Made by a program: the position numbers and the translations under genes. 62,770 bases of DNA from a virus (Duplodnaviria > Caudoviricetes). The notes under the pieces were generated by a model. That model was not told the origin of the DNA. It worked only from the letters and a program-made list of their open reading frames with translations, and did not search any database. Of the stretch, positions 38,354-48,310 are shown piece by piece (within the stretch, counting starts at the first letter, position 1; every line of letters starts with the position of its first letter). Location: the IMG/VR virus record IMGVR_UViG_3300028423_000363, positions 1 to 62,770 of that record; one strand, 5' to 3'.

Positions 38354-40396
38354 TTAACTTCTTTTTACTACTCTAACATAAAAACCATTAACATCTACAT
38401 CATCAGCTGCCGTACTTCTAACTCTTATAAACGCAGGATTATCCTTAGTTAAGTTATTTCCTATATATATTTCTCTTTCCTCTACTATTCTGTAGGTGTC
38501 TGCATCTCTGAAGTACATAGAAGAAAAGAAAGGTATTATATATTCGCCTGTTTGACCTTCGCCTAAAACTAATTCAGCATCAAAATTTTCTCCTGTTGTT
38601 GTAGTAGTCAAATCTAAATCTAAACGTATTCTTACAATATCATTAATATTTAGACCTGTAAAATCAAACCTATCAGTAGCTATATTGTATATATTAGGAA
38701 CTCCAGGTGCAGGTGCTAAATAAGTATTACCTCCTGCGCCATTATTACTTATGTTTTGATATGTGTTAGCAACTAAGGTTTGAGCAGCTTGAGTATCTTC
38801 GTAATCGTAAATACCCATATTAATATTCTCGCTTACATCAGAGCTTGTAGTGTCTACAATATATTCTGTACCACTAAGAATAACAGTGCCTAAGTTATTA
38901 GTAGGTAAAGTTGTCTCTGTTGCTGTATTAGCACCTGTCAAATTGAATGTTAATGTTCCTCCTGAAAAGTTTCTTATATTAAACTCTAAACCATCTATCA
39001 ATCCATCAGGTAAGTCTAAATTAATATTTCCTGTGGTAACATTTATAGTTGCTTTGTGAAAGTCATTTGTCAAAGTAGTATTCGAAGATATATCAACTAC
39101 ATAAGGCTTAGCACTTTCTAATATCCATTCAGTATCTTGATACACCCATAATTGATTAGCATCTCCGTTAGATAATGTAGCGTAATCTCCGTTACTACCT
39201 GATAAAGCAATTATGTTAGAACTATTTGTGAAATTACCTCTATATCTTTTTAGACTATCCACATAAAACTTATTTGCAGCGTCTTGATCGTTATTCGGCA
39301 AACCTAGATTAGTAATATTATTATTTGACATATCGAGATTACCTGTCATGGTATCACCTGACTTACTAACCTTTAAATCATCAGCGTTGTCAACATAAGT
39401 CTCTGTCGCAAAACCTGCGTCATTATTAAAAGAAGAAAGATTTTCGTTGATTTTCTCACCTCTTATTTTTATAACATTACTAGATGTTATTTGTTTACTT
39501 CCACTTCCATACACACCTTTACCCGAGTTTATGATATATACCGAGTTATAAGATGCCCCTGCATCGTTTTCTAAGTTGCCATTTGAAAAAGCAATAAACA
39601 ATTCTTTATCGCTTATTTCCACATTAGGCGATAATCCATTTATTTGAGAAACAACACCTGCTATCTCTTGAGATTCATCACTATAACTATTATTTAAAGT
39701 TACTTGTACGTATTTTGCTTTGACATTATCGTCATCTACTGTGTTGTCACTAAAAGATAAGAAGTCAGAAACTGTTGATTGAAGGTCATTAGAACCATAA
39801 AGACCATTAGTACCGACAAACTTGAATAGAAACGATGTTCCTCCGTCTATAAAAGTAAAAAAATATTGTGTTTCTGTACTTGATAAATTTAAAGAAGGAA
39901 CAGAGGTGTTGACTTCATCAACGAGACTACTCCCTGTAATATCCCCTAAATCTATTGTGACTGTGTTTCCTAATCCTGAAACATCATCAGCAGTAGGATT
40001 AGTAACGTTTAACAGAACTAAGTCATCTAAAGATACTGTATCTGATAAAGGATTGTAAGTTCCGTTACCTAAAGGGAATAAATACAAAAACTTACGAACA
40101 ATATTGTTACCTGTGCTTTCGTCTATATCTTCTTTTAGGAAAGAAAGTAACACAGGACTATCTTCTCCTGTTACTGTTAAATTAATACCAGATAATTTAC
40201 TTTCAATAGTTTCGTTGACACCTACACTTGTAGTTACAATTTTAGCGACATTGTTTGTAGCGACGCTTTCCACAAATTGAGTTAACGCAGAAACTTTAAA
40301 GTTTTTAGTCTTATTTAGGTTATCACCATCAGTACCTATAACTATATCATTTTCAGTCACCAAATTGTCGGTAACATACGTCTCTATTCTCGCCAT
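38354..40396 (-). CDS. Tail fibre protein
   Basis: MARIETY N-terminal module; KVSKSGDTMTGNLDM...DAANKFYVD fibre motif. Confidence 0.7.
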   Translation of the reverse strand: MARIETYVTDNLVTENDIVIGTDGDNLNKTKNFKVSALTQFVESVATNNVAKIVTTSVGVNETIESKLSGINLTVTGEDSPVLLSFLKEDIDESTGNNIVRKFLYLFPLGNGTYNPLSDTVSLDDLVLLNVTNPTADDVSGLGNTVTIDLGDITGSSLVDEVNTSVPSLNLSSTETQYFFTFIDGGTSFLFKFVGTNGLYGSNDLQSTVSDFLSFSDNTVDDDNVKAKYVQVTLNNSYSDESQEIAGVVSQINGLSPNVEISDKELFIAFSNGNLENDAGASYNSVYIINSGKGVYGSGSKQITSSNVIKIRGEKINENLSSFNNDAGFATETYVDNADDLKVSKSGDTMTGNLDMSNNNITNLGLPNNDQDAANKFYVDSLKRYRGNFTNSSNIIALSGSNGDYATLSNGDANQLWVYQDTEWILESAKPYVVDISSNTTLTNDFHKATINVTTGNINLDLPDGLIDGLEFNIRNFSGGTLTFNLTGANTATETTLPTNNLGTVILSGTEYIVDTTSSDVSENINMGIYDYEDTQAAQTLVANTYQNISNNGAGGNTYLAPAPGVPNIYNIATDRFDFTGLNINDIVRIRLDLDLTTTTTGENFDAELVLGEGQTGEYIIPFFSSMYFRDADTYRIVEEREIYIGNNLTKDNPAFIRVRSTAADDVDVNGFYVRVVKRS

Positions 40397-40494
40397 ACTG
40401 TTTTTTTATTATTATTTACAAAGATACGAAGAATAAAAATTAGTTTAATTCATTGAAAAATGTATATTTGCTATATAATCTTAAATTTATAATA

Positions 40495-42120
40495 ATGAAA
40501 CACATTAAAGAAATTAACTTTGGAGATTATTCTCGAAGTGAATTAATGAAAGGTGTAGACATCGTTGCAGACGCTGTTTCCTCAACTATGGGAGCACAAG
40601 GTCGTAATGTAATCTATGAAACACAATTTGGTAAGCCGAAGTCAACTAAAGATGGTGTGACTGTTGCTAATCAGGTATTCTTAGAAAAACCACTTCAAAG
40701 TCTAGGTGCGGAACTAGTTAAAGAAGCTGCCGAAAAAACTGTAAATGAATGTGGTGATAGCACGACAAACACAACAGTATTAGCTCGTGAGATAATGAAA
40801 TTATCGAACAACGAAGTTGATAAAGGAGCGCATCCTATCGAACTCAAAAGAGGCATCGAGTCTGCGACTCAAGAAATCCTAAGTATAATTAACAAAAAAC
40901 GTGTTAAGTTAAAAAAGAAGGATTACTTCAATGTCGCTAACATTTCAGCTAACAATGACAGAGAGTTAGGTAAGGTTATTTCAGACGCTTTCAAAAAAGC
41001 AGGGAAGAACGGAGTAGTGCTTCACGATAAGTCAGCTACTAACGAGACACATATCAAGATGTCTGAAGGGATGCTTATTGAGAGAGGATTTTCTAATAAG
41101 ACTATGATTACTGATACAGGTGCTGCAACAATGGAACTCGATAAGCCTTATCTATTCATTTGTGATAAACCGATAGATAATATCAATGAGATAATGTTCT
41201 TGTATGAGCATCTTCACGAATTAAAGAAGCAAGGTAAAAACGCGAGTGTTTTAATTATCGGAGAACTTAGTCAAAAGGTCGAAGAAATTATAAGTGTTAA
41301 TCGTTATAAGCATAATGCTAATCTGTTCTATGTTAAAGCTCCTGCTCACGCAAGTAAGCGTACAGACTTTTTAGAGGATATTGCTATTGCTACAGGAGCT
41401 AAGATGATGCGTAAAGATTCGACAGACAGCTACGCTTCGTTAGGTGTCGGAATATTAGGTCAGTGTAAAAGTGTGAAGAGCACAGAAAGAGAAACTGTTC
41501 TTGACATATTCGAAGAAAGTTTTAGAGACGATATAGATGCTCAAATAAAGACCTTAGAGCAACTTAAATCTAAAGCGAGTAGTACAAGGCATAAATTACA
41601 GAAAAGCTTCTTAGAAGAGAGAATAGCTAAGTTATCGTGTTCTGTGGCAACTATTATGGTAGGTGCTAATAGTGAGGTTGAGTTAGACGAAAAGATAGAT
41701 AGAGTTGACGATGCTGTGAATGCGTTGAGGTCTGCTGTCGAAGAAGGTATTTTGTTAGGTGGTGGCTTAGCTTTATTTAACGCTTCCTTTGAATTAAGTA
41801 GAGATTCTAAGAACACAGAAGACTTTAATAAGGGTTACTGCATTATTCAGGAATCTATCAGAAAGCCTTTTATACAAATATTAGATAATGCAGGGGTTAA
41901 AGATATCGAAGAGGTTGAATCTTCCGTGTTTACTTCTGAGTCTGAGTATTTAGGATATAATGTTTCTACTTTTGAATATTGTGATTTTTACAAAGAAGGA
42001 ATTATAGACCCTCACAAAGCTATTAGATGTGCTTTACAAAACGCTTCATCTGTAGCTTCGACATTTTTATTAACTAACACAACTATATCAATAAAGAGAG
42101 ATGAAAGCAATACTAAATAA
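40495..42120 (+). CDS. groEL: Phage chaperonin GroEL-like
   Basis: STMGAQGRNV, TKDGVTVA, GDSTT, ISANND, RVDDA, EEGILLGGG, GIIDP. Start taken as ATG 40495 because the promoter box lies at 40463. Confidence 0.93.
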   Translation: MKHIKEINFGDYSRSELMKGVDIVADAVSSTMGAQGRNVIYETQFGKPKSTKDGVTVANQVFLEKPLQSLGAELVKEAAEKTVNECGDSTTNTTVLAREIMKLSNNEVDKGAHPIELKRGIESATQEILSIINKKRVKLKKKDYFNVANISANNDRELGKVISDAFKKAGKNGVVLHDKSATNETHIKMSEGMLIERGFSNKTMITDTGAATMELDKPYLFICDKPIDNINEIMFLYEHLHELKKQGKNASVLIIGELSQKVEEIISVNRYKHNANLFYVKAPAHASKRTDFLEDIAIATGAKMMRKDSTDSYASLGVGILGQCKSVKSTERETVLDIFEESFRDDIDAQIKTLEQLKSKASSTRHKLQKSFLEERIAKLSCSVATIMVGANSEVELDEKIDRVDDAVNALRSAVEEGILLGGGLALFNASFELSRDSKNTEDFNKGYCIIQESIRKPFIQILDNAGVKDIEEVESSVFTSESEYLGYNVSTFEYCDFYKEGIIDPHKAIRCALQNASSVASTFLLTNTTISIKRDESNTK

Positions 42121-42355
42121 AGTAGTAGTAGAACCTATTCACGCAGAGAATATCAATAAACTTGGGATTGAAGTTGGAAAACAAGAGTCTGAGAAGTTTG
42201 CTAAAGGAATCGTGAAGAGTGTCGGAGAAGATGTTGAAAACATCAAAGAAGGTGAAACTGCTTGGTACGATAAACATCGTGCATCAGATTTACTAATAAA
42301 TGGAGAACGACTTGTCGTTATGGATAATTTTAATATCTTTGTAATAGAAGATTAG
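42101..42355 (+). CDS. groES: Co-chaperonin GroES
   Basis: MKAILNKVVVEP...KGIVKSVGEDV..IKEGE; overlaps the end of groEL. Confidence 0.85.
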   Translation: MKAILNKVVVEPIHAENINKLGIEVGKQESEKFAKGIVKSVGEDVENIKEGETAWYDKHRASDLLINGERLVVMDNFNIFVIED

Positions 42356-42384
42356 TTTTTTCATTGTTTTAGTTTTTTGGTTTT

Positions 42385-42414
42385 AAGAGGGCTGTTAATT
42401 CAGTCCTCTTTTTT
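42385..42414 (+). terminator. Intrinsic terminator after groEL-groES
   Basis: AAGAGGGCTG-TTAATT-CAGTCCTCTTTTTT. Confidence 0.75.
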
Positions 42415-43119
42415 ATTTAATTCTTTTTTGATTTCTTTAGGCGTATTAATGGTTTCGTAGTTCGTTTTGTTATGCTCCTTCACAAATTCACTAAAACTTA
42501 GGTTGTTTAAATCGTCATAGTCTTCTTCCGTCTTTCTTTCGTTAAACTTACCACTATTCATTTGCTTTATCTTCTTAGCAAATCTTTTATCGACGTAAGA
42601 CCTAGACTTTTCACGCATTAAAGGATTGTGCGTATTGTATTCGCTAAACTTATATCTAAGCATTAACTTATCATAAAACGCTCTTATAACGTTTTTAGTC
42701 TTTTTACTAAGTGTGTAAAGTTTTGTTTTAGTCCCTCTTCCTTTATGTTTCTTGGTAACTTCATATTTGACGATATACCCTTTTTCTAAATACTTATTCA
42801 ATCTTCCAGAATCCCACGCTAACATCTCTTCGTAGTCTTTAAAATCTTGTCTAGTGAATGGTGGTTCGGAGTATAAAAAAAGAAAGAACTCTATCTCTCT
42901 GTCTTGCAAGTCTTTAAACTCTGTTCGCTTGTAGAAGTATTTAACGATTATAAAATACTTTAAGAAATCAAATTCTTTCTCAGTGGTATAGGTAATACTC
43001 TTTTTCCTACGCTTAGGTCTTTTAATGTTTTTCCTTACAATACTCGTGACAACATCTTTTGACCTAACGTTATAATTACCCTTTTCCTCTTTTTCGAGAA
43101 AGTCTTTAAATTCTGACAT
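42400..43119 (-). CDS. Winged-helix (MarR-like) DNA-binding protein
   Basis: FLFLYSE..F....F..YEE.L.WD..RL..YL.KGYI...KLYTLS pattern. Confidence 0.5.
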   Translation of the reverse strand: MSEFKDFLEKEEKGNYNVRSKDVVTSIVRKNIKRPKRRKKSITYTTEKEFDFLKYFIIVKYFYKRTEFKDLQDREIEFFLFLYSEPPFTRQDFKDYEEMLAWDSGRLNKYLEKGYIVKYEVTKKHKGRGTKTKLYTLSKKTKNVIRAFYDKLMLRYKFSEYNTHNPLMREKSRSYVDKRFAKKIKQMNSGKFNERKTEEDYDDLNNLSFSEFVKEHNKTNYETINTPKEIKKELNKKED

Positions 43120-43156
43120 AGTATTTAATTAAATTAAAAATCGTGAATTGTGGAGA

Positions 43157-43468
43157 TTATTTTTTTGAAGAGCCTTTTCCTCTAGCGTTTCTATCTCCTT
43201 TTGTATCAGAGCTACTACCTCTATTTGCTTTAATGCTTTTTCTTACAAGACCATTTTTAGTATGGCTCAAATCTGTCTTGCTTGTGTCAACCCCACGTTT
43301 CTTAGCAGCTCTTCTCTTCTTTTCAAGCTCAGACCTCTTTTTACGCTGTTCAGGTCTAGCATTTACTTTCTTAGAAATAGCGTTTTTTCTGTCTCTAGCC
43401 TTTTTATTTTTTCTAAAATATTTAGCAGAGTCTGAAAGTTGACTGTATGGTTTCTTTTTCGGAGCCAA
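43157..43468 (-). CDS. Basic hypothetical protein (degenerate HNH-like C-terminus)
   Basis: K/R-rich, DLSHTK.G......ANRG; TTG start. Confidence 0.55.
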   Translation of the reverse strand: MAPKKKPYSQLSDSAKYFRKNKKARDRKNAISKKVNARPEQRKKRSELEKKRRAAKKRGVDTSKTDLSHTKNGLVRKSIKANRGSSSDTKGDRNARGKGSSKK

Positions 43469-43469
43469 A

Positions 43470-43748
43470 CTATTTCTTTTTAAAGTTTCTCACTACTTTT
43501 CTTAAAGAATCTCTTTCCTTTGTTTTTCTGTAAAGACGTCTTTCTAAGTTATTTCTAACATCTTTAGGACTTCCTATAATGTTTTTATTAAAGTGTCCTT
43601 TAGGTTCGGAGTCTAGTTTTTTGATGTCTTGTCTAGTTTTTAAAACAGAAGCACCTGCTTTAGCCATTTGTTTTTTAGCTTTAGCTAGTTTACTAGAATT
43701 ACCTTTAGTCTTTTTGACTTTCTTTTTATCTTTTTCGTTGCCGTACAT
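43470..43748 (-). CDS. Basic hypothetical protein
   Basis: 92 aa, Lys-rich, first gene after the promoter at 43766. Confidence 0.55.
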   Translation of the reverse strand: MYGNEKDKKKVKKTKGNSSKLAKAKKQMAKAGASVLKTRQDIKKLDSEPKGHFNKNIIGSPKDVRNNLERRLYRKTKERDSLRKVVRNFKKK

Positions 43749-43784
43749 AGTGTATATATTTAATACAAAGATACAAAATATCGG

Positions 43785-45032
43785 CTATAATATATTTAAT
43801 AGTTTTTCTTCTGATATGTCTTTGTTAATAAAGTCAATCAAAGCTCTGTATTCGTCTGAATGTTTATGAAAGAAATAATCTCTTTCTATTCCGTCACTAA
43901 GAGTTACTATTACCTTACCATAATTAGTGAAATCTGTTTTGGTTTTTTCTACATAATCTTTTCTATTTAAAACCTCTCCATCTAATACAAACTTTTCTTT
44001 ACGAGTTATTTTTATCATATTATCTTAATTTTATCTCTTCTACCTTTACATAATTATTATGGTTAAAATAAAAACTAATCAACACTACAATAATAATCTA
44101 TTAAGGAGTATATTATAACTGTACTAATTGCAGACAATAATGTAACCCAAATAGAAGTCCAAATATTAAAAATCACCCATATAAATACAAAAAGAGCTAT
44201 AGAAAGCACAGGGATTACTTTTAACTCTTCTGGTAATTTTTTTAAAATTTTCATATTCTCATTTACTTGTCGGAGGTTCGTAATAATAAATCTCCAGTTT
44301 CTTTGTCTAAGCTTTTAACAGCTTTATAAATAATACGACTCATTGTGTATATTTCTTTCTTTTCGTCTTTAGATGTCTCTAAACCTATTTCAGCGTGATT
44401 AGCCTTATCTAGCTCTAAAAGACTATCTATTCTTTCTTTGACAGTTCGTGAAGTGTCCTCTGCGATTGACGAAACTAAATTGTTTATTTCCATATTTCTA
44501 TTTATTTAATTTATAAGCTGTTATTAAAACTATTAATGCAACAATAATATAAACTATTGCAGTAGGCTCTATATTCATAGGAATTAAATCCTGACAAGCC
44601 TCACAATAATCACACTTTTTAGGTTGACAAGCCGAAGCTATACAACCATTACAATTATTCGGTGGTGGTGGCGGTATCTGTTTCATTTTTCAAATCTAAT
44701 ACATTTTCTTGTTTTTCGACCATACCAAATGAATAAATAATCATCTGAAGAGTTATCTATATTTAGTCTAAATAAATATTGACAATACACGATTGCCAAA
44801 GCTATAATTAATAGTATAAGCATAATATTTGTTTTGGAGAGACTACTAAGTCTGTCATTGATTTATTAAATATAGTATGTTCGCCTTGAATGTCTATAAA
44901 CTCTTCGATGTCTGAGTCTAAGATTTTACCAACAAACATATTTTGTTCGAAGTCATAAATAGACTCCATTAAGACAAACCCTTCTTCGTCTTGGTAGATA
45001 TGTAACTTGTTTTTTGAATATAAATCTATCAT
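43785..45032 (-). other. Cluster of small hypothetical ORFs (43785-44018, 44263-44493, 44498-44686, 44808-45032 and shorter ones)
   Basis: Co-oriented small ORFs downstream of the promoter at 45229. Confidence 0.55.
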
Positions 45033-45306
45033 TATACGTTTATGTTTTTAAGTGCCTTTTGAATATCTTCGTCAATCCAAAGATTATGTATTACGTGTAT
45101 ATTTATACCTGTTTCATTTATGATATCTTTTTTCTTTAAAATACCTTTATTAAAACATTCGATTAATGATTTTTTTCTTGATTTTCTAAGTTGTTGTGCT
45201 GAAGTCATATTATTTCTTTTTAATTATGCAAATATAAGTAAAAATTATTTAACACACATTGTTTTTATGATGTTTGTTTTTTGTATATTTGTAAAAATTA
45301 ATAATT

Positions 45307-46230
45307 ATGAAAGAAGATTTAAAAATTATACACGATTTAGCTAAAAAATATAAAATAACAATATACAAGGAGTATATAAAAGAAAACCAAGAGTACGACA
45401 ATGTTTATATACCTGTTTTTAGATTGAAAAATGTGTGTGATGATAATTATCTTAAAAATGTTTTAAATATTAACCTAAATCAAAATGAAATCTTAGCTGC
45501 GAGGATCTATAAGGAAAAATTCAATGTCATTGACGCAAAGCCTTTCTTTTTTAGGTATTCTAAGAGAAATGGAACTTCTAACGACTTGTCTAAGATAATA
45601 AACAATAACAAGAAAGCTATATCAAAATTAGTTTTAATGACTTCTTTTTTGAATAAAGACAAAAGTGATGATGTTTTTGATAAATATTTCAATACTGTAT
45701 GTGATTTACTTTATGATTTTAATGGCTATGAAATAGATAGAGAGATGTTGGCTGACCTTACTATAAAAGGGAGGAATATGTCAGAAAAAGATATAGTGTT
45801 TCAACAGAAAAAGTTTAAATTTGTAAATGGTTTTGACAAAGCACCTAAAAAAGTAAAAATGAAAATAGTTAATCAAGGATTATACTGGGATGATTATGAC
45901 GAAATACATTCTAGAATAAAGAAAGCAATATATTATCTTTTAGAAACAGATGAGTTTATTCACTCTGGAAATATATCTAAAATAGCAAAAGTAAAAACAA
46001 AAGATGCTATGAAATATAGAAGCGTATTTAAAGATTTAATAGATGCTCACAATAAATCAAAATACGAAACTGATAACTACAAGAAATATATTAACAACGC
46101 TACTAAGAAAATAATAAATTCTACTATTGCTGAACTTGAAAGAGAAGGTAAAAAAACTACTAATGTAAACATTGCTAAGAAATCTAATCTTCATATTAAT
46201 ACCGTATCTAAAAATAGATGTAGATTGTAA
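45307..46230 (+). CDS. Hypothetical DNA-binding protein with C-terminal HTH
   Basis: TNVNIAKKSNLHINTVSK HTH-like end; own promoter at 45284. Confidence 0.55.
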   Translation: MKEDLKIIHDLAKKYKITIYKEYIKENQEYDNVYIPVFRLKNVCDDNYLKNVLNINLNQNEILAARIYKEKFNVIDAKPFFFRYSKRNGTSNDLSKIINNNKKAISKLVLMTSFLNKDKSDDVFDKYFNTVCDLLYDFNGYEIDREMLADLTIKGRNMSEKDIVFQQKKFKFVNGFDKAPKKVKMKIVNQGLYWDDYDEIHSRIKKAIYYLLETDEFIHSGNISKIAKVKTKDAMKYRSVFKDLIDAHNKSKYETDNYKKYINNATKKIINSTIAELEREGKKTTNVNIAKKSNLHINTVSKNRCRL

Positions 46231-46860
46231 AAAAAACACACGGACTTATACCCTCTATAATATAAATATAATAAGGGTCATAGTTGATGTGTGAAAATTC
46301 TCAAACAGTTCACGAAATGTCCCAAGCTACAAAATGTAAAATTTTGCAGGAGAAGATTTTTGTTTTGATTAGGTTTAGAAAAAGCTCTGTATATGAGTTA
46401 GGTTTTAATAAGTTTAGTATATGAGTTAGGTTATACCCCAATACACATCAACCCTCACCCTTCCGAAAATCATTTCAAATCGCATAGGGGGGATCTTACA
46501 TTTTGCACTTCATTTTGAAACTTTTTAACCCTTTAACCTATCTTTTTATTGATATAGTCCAAACTTATAACCAATATTACTTTGATAAGGTTTGTTTATT
46601 TGTTGTTTGTGGTTGGTTTGTTGTTGTTGTTATCCCCTCACTTTAATAACCTACTTTATTTAATTGGTTTAAATTGTTTTGATGTTTACAGTTCGTGAAT
46701 TGTGATCTATTATTTAAGGGGCTTTAAAGGTGGTTTAAACGGTCCTTATATATATGTATGTCTTTTGTAATTGTGAATAGTTGAATAATAGTGTTAATTG
46801 TTAAAATTATGTTAAACTAATTTAATTGTATTGTGTAACTAAATTGTTGACTTATATTTG
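46231..46860. other. Large non-coding region, probable genome terminus and start of early region
   Basis: No long ORFs; 16-bp direct repeat, C/G runs, a GT-rich tract, then a promoter at 46853 followed by A-rich small early genes. Confidence 0.5.
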
Positions 46861-47073
46861 TCCATGTAAACAAATTATTAATATTAAAACATTTGAATTA
46901 TGTCAAAGTATGTAACCTATTTAACTAGCAATGAAGTTGATGATGTCTTTAAATTTAACAACGGTATGCACATACGTTTCCCTAAAATTATGAATATGTC
47001 TGAAAAGGATGTTTAAAATTGGTACTCAAAAAATCAAACAATTTAATAAATAATAACCTTTAAAACTAAAACT

Positions 47074-47673
47074 ATGGAAACTTTAAAAATGCCATTAAGT
47101 CAAGCAAAACAAAACACAAAACAAGCTAACAAGTCAGAAAAACAAAAGCTTAAAAAGATTAACGATCAATTAAAGCAAAGTAAATTAACTATAAAAAATA
47201 ATTGGTTAGAAGATACGCAAAGTGTATCGGCGCTGGTTAAATATGTTAGAAAAAATACTGAGATTGTTAAGCCATTAATCGACGCAATAAATAAAAAATA
47301 TGATGTTAATTTCAACGTTGGTAGCCTTAACGCTTCTGTTTTAAAGTTCGGTTACTTACATGAATTAAACCAAGTCAATTTAGATGGCGAAATCATTAAG
47401 CCTAAAAAATACTTTAATATTTCGTTCATGCTAAAATGTTTAGAACGTAAAGCAAAATTTGACTCAGACCTAGACAAATTTGCACCAGTAAGTAAAAAAG
47501 CAACTGAAAAAAATCTCTTAAGAAAATACTCGAATATTATACATAAAACGAGTTTAATTTTTGGGGATGATGTTCACACTTTTGTTGATCAACTAATTGA
47601 CCAGGATAAAACAATGCAGCAAATAGTTAACCGAGTTAAAACAGAATTTAAAACCCCACAATTAAACAAATAA
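47074..47673 (+). CDS. Early hypothetical protein
   Basis: 199 aa, first sizeable ORF after the putative terminus. Confidence 0.7.
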   Translation: METLKMPLSQAKQNTKQANKSEKQKLKKINDQLKQSKLTIKNNWLEDTQSVSALVKYVRKNTEIVKPLIDAINKKYDVNFNVGSLNASVLKFGYLHELNQVNLDGEIIKPKKYFNISFMLKCLERKAKFDSDLDKFAPVSKKATEKNLLRKYSNIIHKTSLIFGDDVHTFVDQLIDQDKTMQQIVNRVKTEFKTPQLNK

Positions 47674-47684
47674 ACCAACATTTT

Positions 47685-47742
47685 AGGCTTAATCAATAGC
47701 TTTAAAGCGTATTGCGTAGGTTCGCGACCTGTTAAGCCTCAA
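47685..47742 (+). ncRNA. tRNA-like mini-RNA (acceptor stem plus T-arm, no D-arm)
   Basis: AGGCTTAA/TTAAGCCT closing stem, TAGG-TTCGCGA-CCTG T-arm, and central CAATA-GCTTTAAAGCG-TATTG hairpin. Confidence 0.45.
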
Positions 47743-47859
47743 TAAATTATAAAAGTTTAACATCACGTTAACAATTTAACTGAAATACTTTTGTAATTTT
47801 ACCAAAACAAAACAAGATCTTTGAATTTTTAGATAGTTATAATTTTAAGTTACTTTAAA

Positions 47860-48310
47860 ACGGTATTCAAGGCACGGCATGACCCTACTTTTTTACCAGG
47901 TTAATACAAAATTTGTTTTTTGTTTATACCTTAAAGCCTTAAGCGTTAACTATACTAATTTGCCTACACTATACACAAATAAAAAATATTAATATAGCTT
48001 TTTAAATTGCTTTATTACTTACTAGGATAAAGATTTTAAAGTACTTTTTAGGCTTTAATTATTTAATAAGCATTATTATATTAATAGATTTTACTTGTTG
48101 AATTGTAGGAGCTTGCATTATTATTTTGGCGGCTAAAATAGTCAAGCGTCGTTTGTTAGCGGCGTAATGCGTAGACCTTGTAGGCCAGGGCGGATCCGAA
48201 TTTATATTTTATATATTATAAACTAGGTAATAGGTTTACATGATCCTAAAGACAAACAAAGTCTTGAAAAATATTAACAGGTGCAAGTTATTGAGTTAGC
48301 TTGCATCATC
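47860..48310 (+). ncRNA. Candidate large structured ncRNA
   Basis: ORF-free, locally GC-richer, with many nested and crossing complementary segments. Confidence 0.4.

Noticed and set aside
7920-43869. Many antisense ORFs in the track (e.g. 7920-8207, 22132-22605, 29241-29888, 30281-30754, 43143-43442)
   Set aside because: They are shadows of longer, motif-bearing genes on the opposite strand and have implausible composition.
47685-47742. Canonical tRNA gene
   Set aside because: Too short, with no D-arm and no proper 7-nt anticodon loop; kept only as tRNA-like.
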